Part shown: one piece after another, positions 29,179 through 39,919 of the stretch | Position numbering within the stretch: the first letter of the stretch is position 1 | Layout: every line of letters begins with the position of its first letter | DNA from: Clostridiales bacterium | GTDB taxonomy: Bacteria; Bacillota; Clostridia; Lachnospirales; Lachnospiraceae | NCBI GenBank assembly: GCA_015655075.1 | Contig: JAATFT010000080.1 | Coordinates: 11,123 to 75,122 of the forward strand | Reading direction: 5' to 3' | DNA length: 64,000 bases | Made by a program: the position numbers and the translations under genes | Notes under the pieces: model-generated | What the model saw: the letters and a program-made list of their open reading frames with translations, nothing else | Database searches by the model: none | Told to the model about the DNA's origin: nothing

Positions 29179-31183
29179 AGGTTTCTACCTGAAAATGGCC
29201 GCAGATAATATCAGGAAAAACTCCAAGGTGTATGTGCCCTTTCTCATCTCCTGCATTTGTACGGTGATGATGTCTTACATCGTGCGCGCTCTGTCTATAA
29301 ACAGCGGGCTTTCCGAAATTCCCGGTGGGAATAATATGCAGATGATTTTATCAATGGGATATGTAGTAATAAGCATATTTTCCGCCATTTTTCTCTTCTA
29401 TACCAACAGCTTCCTCATGAAACGCAGGAAAAGGGAATTTGGCGTATATAGTATCCTCGGCATGGAAAAGAAACACATTACCAAAGTGATTTTTTACGAG
29501 ACGCTGTATATTGCCGCCGTCAGCATCTTTGCCGGACTGATAACAGGAGTGATATTCGATAAGCTTTGTATATTGATCATCCGGCGCATGATGGAGGCGC
29601 CGGTAGCCCTGGGATTCGAGCTATCCCCCGTGGCTATGGTCTGGTCTCTGGCCCTCTTTGGAGGCATTTTTCTGCTGATCCTGCTGGGCAACATCCGCCA
29701 GGTACGCCTATCGAATCCCATAGAACTTCTGAAAGGCGGCAACGTTGGTGAAAAGGAACCGAAAGCAAAATGGTTCATGGCTGTATTAGGGATTCTCGTT
29801 ACGGGGGCCGGTTATTACCTTGCCCTTACGATACAGTCTCCCCTTGCGTTAATACAACTGGTTTTTCTGGCTGTCCTGTTGGTTATATTGGGGACTTACC
29901 TATTATTTACCACAGGCAGCATCACCACTTTGAAAATTCTGAAAAACAACAAAAAATATTACTATCGGACAAAAAACTTTATCCCTGTTTCCGGTATGCT
30001 CTACCGCATGAAGAAAAACGCCGTGGGCCTTGCCAATATCTGCGTTATGTCCGTTGGAGTGATTCTTCTGCTCTCCATTTCCATATCTCTGTATGTAACT
30101 ACGGAAAATTCCATCAACGACCTGTATCCCAATAGCGCCAGAATCCAGATAAATCTGGCGGGAAACATCCGAGATGCAGAGAATCAGGTGAAAGCCGAGA
30201 CGTTACAGATGGCAGAAAGCGCCGCGGAGGAAGCGCGGGTCTCCTTGGACAAAACCGCCTTCTATACTTCTCTTTCTATTCCGGCCGTCCCCGCTAAGGA
30301 GAGATTTACCGTGGTCAGCGGTGACGCTGTTGCGATGACCCGGGGGCTGGTGACACTATATTTTATCGATCAGGAAAACTACAACGGCCTCACGGGAGAC
30401 CATGTGAGCCTGAACGCGGATGAGGTATATATCCACGGTACTGAAAAAGAATACGAAGAAAAGTCCCTCTCCATCATGGACGAGCAATTTCACGCAAGTG
30501 TTATGGAAGAAATGAAGGAGTTTATGGGGGAGACCGCCACAGTCATAGGCGGCGGCTATTACATCATCGTCAATAACGCCGACATCCTGCAAAGGCTTGA
30601 ACAGCAGCAGAAAGCCCTTTTAGGGGGATATGCCGACAGAATCAGTACAACTGTACTAATCGATTTGGAAAAAGGAACCGGAAAAGACCATGAGAAAACT
30701 TTTGGAACAATTTTAGAATCCAAGCTGAAAGACACAGACATGGAAGTTACCATAAGTGAAACCAGAGTATCCGCCGGTGACAAATTTCGTGCTTTCCGCG
30801 CCGGAGTTCTATTTGTGGGATTGTATTTGGGAATCCTGCTCCTCATGGCCACGGTATTGATTATCTACTACAAACAGATTTCGGAAGCCTATGACGATAA
30901 GGATCGCTATGGCATTATGCGGAAGGTAGGATTAAATCAGAAGGAAATCAAAAAATCCATCCGTTCCCAAATCCTGACCGTCTTTTTCCTGCCCCTTGTC
31001 ACAGCGGGGGTCCATGTTGCCTTCACTTTTTCGCTGATGAAAAAGCTGATGGTACTCGTGCTGCTGAATGACGTCAACCTGTTCCTGATTTATGCCGTTG
31101 CCTCCTACGCCCTATTTGCCATTGTATACGCCATCATCTACACCGTCACAGCCCGCACATACTACAAAATTGTAAGTGCGTAA
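29171..31183 (+). CDS. BceB-like FtsX-type permease (antimicrobial peptide resistance)
   Basis: YTNSFLMKRRKREFGVYSILGM, large extracellular loop, IYYKQISE..D..RY..MRKVG. Confidence 0.92.
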   Translation: MSKGFYLKMAADNIRKNSKVYVPFLISCICTVMMSYIVRALSINSGLSEIPGGNNMQMILSMGYVVISIFSAIFLFYTNSFLMKRRKREFGVYSILGMEKKHITKVIFYETLYIAAVSIFAGLITGVIFDKLCILIIRRMMEAPVALGFELSPVAMVWSLALFGGIFLLILLGNIRQVRLSNPIELLKGGNVGEKEPKAKWFMAVLGILVTGAGYYLALTIQSPLALIQLVFLAVLLVILGTYLLFTTGSITTLKILKNNKKYYYRTKNFIPVSGMLYRMKKNAVGLANICVMSVGVILLLSISISLYVTTENSINDLYPNSARIQINLAGNIRDAENQVKAETLQMAESAAEEARVSLDKTAFYTSLSIPAVPAKERFTVVSGDAVAMTRGLVTLYFIDQENYNGLTGDHVSLNADEVYIHGTEKEYEEKSLSIMDEQFHASVMEEMKEFMGETATVIGGGYYIIVNNADILQRLEQQQKALLGGYADRISTTVLIDLEKGTGKDHEKTFGTILESKLKDTDMEVTISETRVSAGDKFRAFRAGVLFVGLYLGILLLMATVLIIYYKQISEAYDDKDRYGIMRKVGLNQKEIKKSIRSQILTVFFLPLVTAGVHVAFTFSLMKKLMVLVLLNDVNLFLIYAVASYALFAIVYAIIYTVTARTYYKIVSA

Positions 31184-31269
31184 AAAGTGGGCGGTACAAA
31201 TTGATGTGCTTTGGCGGCTAAGAAAGGTGTGTGCTGGGTTGGTGCGCTGATCAGATGAAAAGGGAAAAT

Positions 31270-31392
31270 ATGTTGCGCAGGCTATTCAACTATATCGTGT
31301 TAGGAATTGGTTTGGCATTGACTTTTATTCTGATAATACCCTGCGGCGTGTTCTTGCTTACTATATTTGCTGTTTGGTCATTGCTCGACTGA
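31270..31392 (+). CDS. Small hydrophobic protein (40 aa), possibly truncated
   Basis: MLRRLFNYIVLGIGLALTFILIIPCGVFLLTIFAVWSLLD* behind an AAGGGA RBS; not in the ORF track. Confidence 0.35.
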   Translation: MLRRLFNYIVLGIGLALTFILIIPCGVFLLTIFAVWSLLD

Positions 31393-31710
31393 CACTTGTA
31401 TCGTAACTATTTTGGTTGTATGGTCTGCAATGTGAATGCTGCATTGACCGTTTGGAGGTGAAGAATCCTGATGAGCTTTATTATAGTTGTTTCATTGCCA
31501 AAGATGATTAGGGTGTTGAAAAATGAATTTCGATAAAGATATTTCCATCTATCTGCAATTGCGCGCAAAGCTGCTCCCAAAGCAACAGATTTTCATTTGT
31601 AGCTTTCAAAAAAAAACCTCCCATCTGATTACTTGGAATAGGTATATCAAATGGGATTAGGATTTTCATGACGGTGATTGTTCCACCGCTTACAGGAATA
31701 AAATCCTGCC

Positions 31711-32907
31711 TTAATAAATTATTCCCTTAGACAAAACCGTTTGGATGTAGCTAGTATCATATTCGCCACTACTAAATACAGGATCAGTGATAATAAACCT
31801 TAATAACGATAGATTCGTACATACGCCGTCGACCTCTGTTGCTTCTAACGCCCAGTTCGCTTTAAGCAGCGTGCTTTTTTTATCCTTATCAGTAAAACAC
31901 GACTTTGCTAATAATGAATCGTAAAATAACGATACGTTACTACCTGTGCAATATCCCTCATCTATCCTTACACCTCGGCCTCCAGGCATCCTCCATGAAG
32001 TAATTACACCTGCTGATGGCACTGGACTCTTGCCTGGTTTTTCTGCGTTTAATCTGCACTCTATAGCATACCCTTTCAGTTCGACATGTTGTTAATCTAT
32101 AGACAACTGATTACCAGCCGCTATCTGTATTTGTAACTTTACTAAATCATAACCAACCACTTCTTCCGTCACAGTATGCCCACTTGTAACCAAGTGTTCA
32201 TTTCCAGAAAGTAGTATTCCTCCTTAGATGTTACCAAAAACTCAACAGTTCCCAATCCAAAATAATTTACACTTTCAGCTAATTTCACTGCATCAACATA
32301 CATCTGGTTCTTAATACCGTCACTAATATTACAACATGGTGCTTCTTCAGTAATTTTCTGATTTAGCCGTTGAATTGTACACCCGCGCTCTCCAAAATGG
32401 ATTACTTTCCCGTACCTATCACCTAAGATTTGAACTTCTACATGCCTTGTTCTCTCCAAATATCTCTCAATTATTAACTCCGTATTTCCAAATGACGACT
32501 TAGCTTCTTCCATACAGATTTTAAAGCCTTCTTCTAAATCTTCTAGTACTTTAACAGTTCTTATTTCTTTTCCACCACCACCAGAGATCGCTTTTATTTG
32601 TAATGGAAAGCCTACCTTTTCTGCCTCACTCTTGCATCTTGCCATGTTGTTCTGATAAAAATCCAACGCCTGGGTGAATCGCATCACAATTTAAGGTTAC
32701 AGCTACTGATAATATATTATAACTATTTAGATACGAATCTCTACTATGGGGACCTCCTATACATATGCTTTTGTCCGCAAGTTTTCTGAAAGGCATATTC
32801 TTATCGGCAGTTGAGTATACTGATACAGCCTCAACACCCAATTCTTTTACAGCTCTTATTATTCGTAATGCTATTTCACCTCGATTAGCAACTAATATCC
32901 GTTGATG
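31711..32907 (-). pseudogene. accC: Biotin carboxylase pseudogene
   Basis: RILVANRGEIALRIIRA, AIHPGVGFLSE, KAISGGGGK, RHVEVQ, FLEMNT, IECRLNAE and YDSLLAK are spread over several frames; internal deletion, frameshifts, TAA at 32092-32094, no start codon. Confidence 0.9.
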
Positions 32908-32962
32908 AAATTATTTTCTCGCATTTAGGGCATTTCATGAATAGCGCGGAATATTTATCCAT
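32908..32962 (-). pseudogene. accD: N-terminal stub of carboxyltransferase beta subunit
   Basis: AGGAG RBS, then MDKYSALFMKCPKCEKII (first CxxC of the AccD zinc finger), running straight into the accC remnant. Confidence 0.55.
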
Positions 32963-32998
32963 AGCAAACTCCTGACTTTACATAGTAATTGTATGTTG

Positions 32999-33685
32999 TT
33001 AAATGATTTCATTAAGGTACTGGACAAATGCTTCTTTACAAGCATTAAAGAAAAAATGCCTTCCCGGAAAGCCGCGAATATCAACCAACTGCATTGTATA
33101 TTGCTCCCATTCAATAAGACGATTCACATCGATTTCAGGATCCCTTTCACCATATACTACAGCAATTTTAGAATTTTTTTTCTCCGGTTCTTCTGTAGGA
33201 CAATATGTTTCGAACATTTTTAGATCATCACAAACTAATTGTATATAGGATTCACCGGTTTTTTTGATAAAATCATCACTTACATCCATTTTTTTTAAGT
33301 AGGCATTCAACTTTTCAGAATTATTATATTCCACCATATATTCCTTTGAATAACAAGGTGGCATCTGTCCTGAAATAACTGTTAGATAAGGCCTCTTAGA
33401 ATATTTATTTTGCAGTGTGAGTCCAACTTCATAAGCAAGATATCCCCCAAGGCTCTGACCGAATAAAACAAATTCTTCATTCGCAATTATAGGTTCATAT
33501 TCTTCTATAATTGAGTTTACACATTCCGAAAACTCTTTGTATTGATCTTCTTTTAGCCGGCTCCCTCTATGCGGGTACTCATATAGTATTACATCGCTAG
33601 GATCAAGAGCATTTAACTTTAACATTTTCATAAAGTAATATGAAAACGAAAACCCTCCTGCATGCGGAAAACAAATTAATTTCAT
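32999..33685 (-). CDS. Type II thioesterase
   Basis: LICFPHAGG, YPHRGSR, GQSLG nucleophile, GRHFF. Confidence 0.88.
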   Translation of the reverse strand: MKLICFPHAGGFSFSYYFMKMLKLNALDPSDVILYEYPHRGSRLKEDQYKEFSECVNSIIEEYEPIIANEEFVLFGQSLGGYLAYEVGLTLQNKYSKRPYLTVISGQMPPCYSKEYMVEYNNSEKLNAYLKKMDVSDDFIKKTGESYIQLVCDDLKMFETYCPTEEPEKKNSKIAVVYGERDPEIDVNRLIEWEQYTMQLVDIRGFPGRHFFFNACKEAFVQYLNEII

Positions 33686-33697
33686 ACTTACCTCCTA

Positions 33698-36600
33698 TCA
33701 AAATACGTAATCTTCTTCTTTGGTGCTATTTACAGCAATTATCGCTTCTTCTACTGGTAGATTTCCTAACAAGTCATCATGTTTATTAATACTATGTTCT
33801 ATGTACTTCGTATACATTCTAATGATTTTATCGATTGTATTACTATAATATAAATCTGTATTGTATTCCAAAAGTCCTTGAAACTCTTCTTCATTTTCAA
33901 AAATAGTCAAGCTAAGATCAAACTTCGCGGCGTTGAAATCAAGGATCTCTATGTCAACCTCTACACCTGGGAGATCAAGTTGCTGAACACCATAATTTTG
34001 GAATGCGAACACATGCTGGAATAATGGTGAATATGCTGTCTCACGCCTAAAATCAACATTACGTACTATTTCCTCAAATGGCACGTCAGTATTATCGAAT
34101 GCTTTGAATAACTCATTTTTAATGCAATTCATATTATCAAATATTGTACTTTGCATATTGAACTGATTTCTAACCGCTATCGTATTGGAATAAAATCCAA
34201 TTACTTCCTTTGTCTCCGGATCTTTTCTATTGGCTACTGGTACACCGATAGTAATATCATCTATGCCCGATAATTTAGACAGCGTAATAGCAAATATACT
34301 TTCAAATATAGTAAATAAAGAAATTTGATTCTGCTTTGAAAACCGCTTACATGCTTCTGAAATAGCAGAACCGATACTGAATTTTTTTGTGCTCCCATTA
34401 TGGGTTGGATATGTCGGCCTTAATTTATCAGTAGGAATTTGGTTAATACCGCTTACACCTTTTAATACTTGCTTCCAATAATTCAATTGGTTATTATACG
34501 TCTCACTTCGGGACATGCTATTTTCCCAATATGCATAGTCTACATATTGAATCTTTTTGAAAGGTATATTGTCACATGTGTCATGCTCCAATAATGCTTT
34601 ATATATTTTGCATATCTCATTGGACACAACACCTACTGACCACCCGTCCGCAGCGATATGATGAGTATTCACAAGCCAAACATACTCATCATCATCGGTT
34701 TTGATTAAGTAGCTTCTGATCGGTATTCCAGAAAACAGATTGAATGGTTGATTGCAGAAAGCTTTTATTTTCTCTTTAATAACACTATTCTCATCACGTG
34801 TTAAATCAACAAATCTATTTAAGAATTCATAATCCGCTAATATCTCCTGAAAATACTCACCAGCCTCCTTATGATAAATCGTATGCAATATCTCGTTTCG
34901 CTTTATGAGCATATTTACACTGTCCATAAAGACTTTTTCGTTCAATTGTCCCTTAAATTTAAATGTACACGGCATATTATAAGATGCACTTTTATCAGAT
35001 TCTTCAAAGAGGTACAACATCCTTCTTTGATTATAAGAAACTAACATTTTCTTTTCCCGAGTAACATATTTGATTTTCGTTATACTAGGAGTATTATTCC
35101 TAGTACTCTTCATATTGCATAAATGCTTTTCAAGCTCCCATAATGTTGGATTTTTATAGATTTCCTCAAAATCAATTTTTATTCCAATCCTTTTCTCAAT
35201 GCTTTCAATAACCTCCATACCCATTAGTGAATCGGCACCAAGCTCAAATAAGTCATCGTCCTTCCCTAAATCATCAACGCCTAATTGCTCCTTCCATAAT
35301 TCATGTAAGAATGAGTAAATATCTTCTTCCTCATGTATCAATGTATTCCCACCATCTTTTTCTTTTACTTCCTGGGATTTTTTTTGTATAGTCGGAGGCC
35401 AAGACACTATACTCCTAAACGGATGCCCTGGTAATGGTAACCGATTCAAACTGCTATATTTGTAATACTCCTGCCAGCAAATATCATATCCCGCACAGAA
35501 AATATCACGTAGCGCATGCATAACCCCATCTTTATTTATGAAAGGCAATTGTTTTTCATATCCATTTCTATCTAAGCACCGCCCCATAATTCCTTGGATC
35601 CCTAACTCCACAAAAAGTATACTATTTGAAGATTTTTGTTTCGCATAATTTAAAAACCTCTCTTCGTTAAGGAAATTCTGTCCATCATAATTAGTAATTT
35701 TATTGATCGCTTCGTCAAAGTCGATTTGCTTGGTTAAGTAGTCAACAACAATATTACCTCTGCCGCATCCAATAACTGTATTTGATTTAATCCCCAAAGC
35801 ACTCAAGAATTCATATATTGAAACATTTAGCAATAAGTAATTTATTTCATCTGTATTTTGCACTGCGGATCTTGCAATGTTTTGATCATAAATCTGCTTA
35901 AACCTTGGTATATTATATAGCTCTGATAATATATTAGTGTCACAATCGTTGTCATAGGAACAAGTAAAAACAATATCCGGTATTTCCTGCACTTTTGATA
36001 TCTTAGAAAGTTTCAAGAATTGGATCAACTCTTCATTCGATCTTATGATACCCGCGTTTCTAAAATCATATGGATTCCTTCCTGCATTGAGGGTAAAGCA
36101 AAAATCCTTAATACTCTTGCATGTTTTAGCTTCCTTGATGAGGGCTTTTCTATAGTTTTCATAAACTTCTGGATATTTGACGCTAATAGTAATCAGTTCC
36201 GGATTCCCTAAATCATCTTTGCTACTCATATTCTTGTGATTAGATAATACAAGATGTACGTTTGTTCCTGATATACCAAAAGCGCTAGTCGCAAACAGCT
36301 TATTATCCGAGCCCCATTCTTCAATTTCACTTATAGGGTAAACAGGTGATTTGTTAAAGTCTATTAGCTTATTTGGTAACTTGAAGTTCTGCAGCGGATA
36401 CTTTTTATTATATTGTATAGATATAATCCCTTTGATTATGTTTGCCAATCCTGCAAACGAACCAAAATGAGAGTAATTTGATTTCAAACTACCCAATGGA
36501 CAAAATACCTTTTTGTTGCTAAAATGTTCTATTGCTTTAGTAATTCCTAATACTTCTATTGGATCACCAATTTTTGTACCTGTTCCATGTGCTTCAATAT

Positions 36601-37489
36601 AGCCTATTTCTTCCGGGTTTATCTCTCCCTTCTCCCAGGTGTTAATAAGTAATTCGGCTTGTGCAGCTGCACTTGGAGCAGTTAAGCTATTGGAACGACT
36701 ACCATCCTGATTAATCCCGACTGATTTAATTAATGCGTGAATATGATCACCATTTTTTTTGGCATCCTCCAGCCTTTTCAGAATAATAAAGCCGGCACCT
36801 TCTCCAAAGTTTGTACCATCAGCATCTTCATCGAAAGACTTACACCTATTGCTTCCAGAATATATACCTATCTTATCCTCATGATTGGTCTCATTTATTC
36901 TGAAGTCTAAGGAAATTGCCCCAACAATAACCAGATCTGTCTCATATGAATTCAGCTTGATACATGCATCATATACTGCTGTTAAACTCGAAGAGCATGA
37001 AGTCTGAATAATTGTGGCCTCTCCTCTTAAATCCAGAAAGTATGATATTCTTGCCGGCAATGCATCAAGAAAATTTCCTACAAGTGCTGGCCCTGAAGGA
37101 TTTTCAAGCATATCCAGAAAGTGGCTATCATGTGCAGCAACTAAGACTGATGTTTTACTACCCGCTAGTGATTGTAAGGAATATCCGCTATTTTCTATGG
37201 CTTCACAAGCCAGTTGCATTGCAATTTTTTGCTGTGGGTCAAGATATTGCGCTTCATTCTTACTAATTTCAAAAAACTGGTAGTCAAAAAACTCTATGCC
37301 ATCCAAATATGCTGCTTCTTTATACTCTCCATTTATATCTAAATTTTGCAATTCCAGTCTTTTATTACTAACTGGCCGTACCGCGTCTATTTTATTGCTA
37401 AACACCGAATCCAATTCTTCCAATGATGTAGTTATTGGAAATTTGCCACTCAAACCAATTATAGCTATTGAATTAAACTTTTTCATCAT
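33698..37489 (-). CDS. Hybrid PKS-NRPS: KS - degenerate AT - ACP - C
   Basis: KS TSCSSS, EAHGTGT, YSHF; AT region short with GCGRG instead of GHSxG; ACP GADSL; C domain HHIAADGWS at the C-terminus. Confidence 0.9.
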   Translation of the reverse strand: MMKKFNSIAIIGLSGKFPITTSLEELDSVFSNKIDAVRPVSNKRLELQNLDINGEYKEAAYLDGIEFFDYQFFEISKNEAQYLDPQQKIAMQLACEAIENSGYSLQSLAGSKTSVLVAAHDSHFLDMLENPSGPALVGNFLDALPARISYFLDLRGEATIIQTSCSSSLTAVYDACIKLNSYETDLVIVGAISLDFRINETNHEDKIGIYSGSNRCKSFDEDADGTNFGEGAGFIILKRLEDAKKNGDHIHALIKSVGINQDGSRSNSLTAPSAAAQAELLINTWEKGEINPEEIGYIEAHGTGTKIGDPIEVLGITKAIEHFSNKKVFCPLGSLKSNYSHFGSFAGLANIIKGIISIQYNKKYPLQNFKLPNKLIDFNKSPVYPISEIEEWGSDNKLFATSAFGISGTNVHLVLSNHKNMSSKDDLGNPELITISVKYPEVYENYRKALIKEAKTCKSIKDFCFTLNAGRNPYDFRNAGIIRSNEELIQFLKLSKISKVQEIPDIVFTCSYDNDCDTNILSELYNIPRFKQIYDQNIARSAVQNTDEINYLLLNVSIYEFLSALGIKSNTVIGCGRGNIVVDYLTKQIDFDEAINKITNYDGQNFLNEERFLNYAKQKSSNSILFVELGIQGIMGRCLDRNGYEKQLPFINKDGVMHALRDIFCAGYDICWQEYYKYSSLNRLPLPGHPFRSIVSWPPTIQKKSQEVKEKDGGNTLIHEEEDIYSFLHELWKEQLGVDDLGKDDDLFELGADSLMGMEVIESIEKRIGIKIDFEEIYKNPTLWELEKHLCNMKSTRNNTPSITKIKYVTREKKMLVSYNQRRMLYLFEESDKSASYNMPCTFKFKGQLNEKVFMDSVNMLIKRNEILHTIYHKEAGEYFQEILADYEFLNRFVDLTRDENSVIKEKIKAFCNQPFNLFSGIPIRSYLIKTDDDEYVWLVNTHHIAADGWSVGVVSNEICKIYKALLEHDTCDNIPFKKIQYVDYAYWENSMSRSETYNNQLNYWKQVLKGVSGINQIPTDKLRPTYPTHNGSTKKFSIGSAISEACKRFSKQNQISLFTIFESIFAITLSKLSGIDDITIGVPVANRKDPETKEVIGFYSNTIAVRNQFNMQSTIFDNMNCIKNELFKAFDNTDVPFEEIVRNVDFRRETAYSPLFQHVFAFQNYGVQQLDLPGVEVDIEILDFNAAKFDLSLTIFENEEEFQGLLEYNTDLYYSNTIDKIIRMYTKYIEHSINKHDDLLGNLPVEEAIIAVNSTKEEDYVF

Positions 37490-37498
37490 TCACCTCAT

Positions 37499-39919
37499 TT
37501 AAAATTTCATGCCTACAATCTCTTCCTCTCTGTTACTTACTCCGAACTCTGAATCAATATAACCCGCCTGTTCACTTATTGTATTCCACACAAAGAGCTC
37601 AGCAATATTAACATTAATATTAAATCTCTCTCTGATTTTCTGATAAAGTTGAATTATCAACAAGGAATTTCCTCCTATCTCATAGAACTTATCAAATATG
37701 CTAAAATCACTCTCCGGTAACAAGCTCTTCCATATCTCATATAAAATACTCTCAGAATGCGTACGCTTCGGTTCTAAAGGGAAAATGATATTATCAATAC
37801 TTATTTTCTTGCTAACAACCGTGTCTCCATAACAAGGGATAGATTCATATTTTCCGATTTGTATTTTACCGTTTACTTTACTCTTCAATACTGCCAATTC
37901 TTCTGTAGAAAGTTCCTCATACTCTTTACTTTCATATATGATATAACATGAATTATCTAACTGAATAAATAAATGCTGTTTAACGCATTCGTAGTTATCA
38001 AGTTCTAAAAGGCAGTTTGCTATTGAATCAGCATATCTTCTTAAGTAAGAAAGTGTATTGTTGGTCTTCAACAAGATAATATGTTTGGTCATCAGTATAT
38101 GTTTAATATCTTCTATATACAAACTCCTGCTTCCAGAATAAATTATAATTGCAACGTTGTTGTAAAAATACAAAAGGCAATTCACTCCAAAATTTATTGA
38201 TATTTGACTTTGAATACTATCAATGTTAAGTTCGCTATACTCTAATTTAACAACACGTGAAAACTCAGGTAAGTCAATGACTGCTCTACCGTCCATGATT
38301 GAAACATATCCTGTAAAAAACCAGCAGCCATCATTCTTATAATATAAATATCCTGGAAATCCCACCGGAAGAATATTAAGGTTACTATCAAGTATCGCTA
38401 AATTACCATTATATTTATTAAGCTCATTTGCATGAATTTCATCTAACTTCGATAGCTTACTGTATTCATGATTATCAACAATAAGAATAGACTGATGCGT
38501 ATTTGATGTTGTAATATTGGCTATTTCCTCCATTGGATTATTCATAAAGCAATTTACAACATTGGTTATAGATGCCAATATAACCTGAACCATTTCTTTA
38601 CTGAAATATTTTGTTGAATAGTCAGCTTGTAAAACTAATCCATCTGCCCTTTCTTGAGCTATAACACAAATATATCCATTAAAGCCCAAGGTCTCATTAT
38701 TTGTCAAATGCTTAAATGAACAACTGACTTTATTAATATTATTCTCTTGCCCCTCAACAAAACCGGCGATTAAATTTTTGCCATGGTAAGCAAAGGTCAG
38801 TTGGTTTAATGGTTGAATATCCTGCTTTCTATACTCAACAAAGTCAGAAATTAAATCAGCTATTTCTAGATCTTCATGTTCAATACCATCAAGTAGTGAT
38901 TCACTAATGCTTTTAATTGCTGATAAAACAGTCATTGATTCATCAATACTAAATGGTATGGGAAGTATAGTTGCTAAATCACCTACCATGCCCCTAGTTA
39001 TTTCACTAGTCCTGCGTGCAAAAGTTATGCCTATGTTTAGAGACCTTTCCATATAATATCTCTGTATTACAAGACAGAATGCACATAATATGATTGATTG
39101 CGTACTTAGATGGTTTTCCTTAGAGAACACAAACAATTTTTGTGTAATTTTAGCCGGTATTAAATACTCACTATGTTCAGCACTGCCCGTTGAATCTACT
39201 TCATCTTCGTTTACTTTTTTATCAATTAATAATTGATTCGTATTCTCTAAAGCTTTTCTCCAATATTCCATATTACTATACATCAGTTTAGCGTAATTAC
39301 CAGAAGTATACATTTTTATATATTCTGAAAATCCATGTAAATTATGATCTATTTTCCCCCCTAGGTATAATGAAAGAAAATCTTTTGCTATAACGCCTAT
39401 AGACCAGCCATCGGCAATAATATGATGAACACAAAAGTAAACAATAATTTCAGAAGCCGTCTTCTCTATCACGGTATATTTGATTCCATTTTCTTGTGTT
39501 AAATCAAATTTGTCAAAATGTAAATCGCTTTCAATTTTACTTATTCTAAGTTCTTTCTCCCCATCAGGAATATGCTTAAAATCATAATACGCTATATTAG
39601 GCTTCGCATTATCAGCAATATATTGATAGGTATCATGTAGTATGGTAATAAATTTATACGTCAACGCTTCATGAGAATTATGTAAGGCTTCAATACTGCC
39701 CAAACATTTTTCAATGTTGACTTCTCCCAATAACGTGATGCTACAGCAGATATTATAGAATGAGCTTCTTCCGGCGTCGATCTGATATGCACACCAAATT
39801 CCGTACTGGGCCTTCGTTAAATGATAAACCCCATATTGATTTCCTTCCTTATTCAAGGTAGAGGCTAATTTACCAATCTGTTCATATGATAGTGTACTGA
39901 TTTTAGCTTTAAGATCCAT
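37499..39919 (-). CDS. NRPS: C - vestigial A fragment - PCP
   Basis: HHIIADGWS; only A6-like residue (ILDSNLNILPVGFPGYLY) and no A3 P-loop; PCP GGNSL. Start set to ATG 39919 by RBS spacing. Confidence 0.85.
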   Translation of the reverse strand: MDLKAKISTLSYEQIGKLASTLNKEGNQYGVYHLTKAQYGIWCAYQIDAGRSSFYNICCSITLLGEVNIEKCLGSIEALHNSHEALTYKFITILHDTYQYIADNAKPNIAYYDFKHIPDGEKELRISKIESDLHFDKFDLTQENGIKYTVIEKTASEIIVYFCVHHIIADGWSIGVIAKDFLSLYLGGKIDHNLHGFSEYIKMYTSGNYAKLMYSNMEYWRKALENTNQLLIDKKVNEDEVDSTGSAEHSEYLIPAKITQKLFVFSKENHLSTQSIILCAFCLVIQRYYMERSLNIGITFARRTSEITRGMVGDLATILPIPFSIDESMTVLSAIKSISESLLDGIEHEDLEIADLISDFVEYRKQDIQPLNQLTFAYHGKNLIAGFVEGQENNINKVSCSFKHLTNNETLGFNGYICVIAQERADGLVLQADYSTKYFSKEMVQVILASITNVVNCFMNNPMEEIANITTSNTHQSILIVDNHEYSKLSKLDEIHANELNKYNGNLAILDSNLNILPVGFPGYLYYKNDGCWFFTGYVSIMDGRAVIDLPEFSRVVKLEYSELNIDSIQSQISINFGVNCLLYFYNNVAIIIYSGSRSLYIEDIKHILMTKHIILLKTNNTLSYLRRYADSIANCLLELDNYECVKQHLFIQLDNSCYIIYESKEYEELSTEELAVLKSKVNGKIQIGKYESIPCYGDTVVSKKISIDNIIFPLEPKRTHSESILYEIWKSLLPESDFSIFDKFYEIGGNSLLIIQLYQKIRERFNINVNIAELFVWNTISEQAGYIDSEFGVSNREEEIVGMKF

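Noticed and set aside
26622-31183. BceRS-AB-like module as self-resistance for the adjacent NRPS-PKS
   Set aside because: Convergent orientation, clearly different base composition, and such modules are common on their own; no direct link visible
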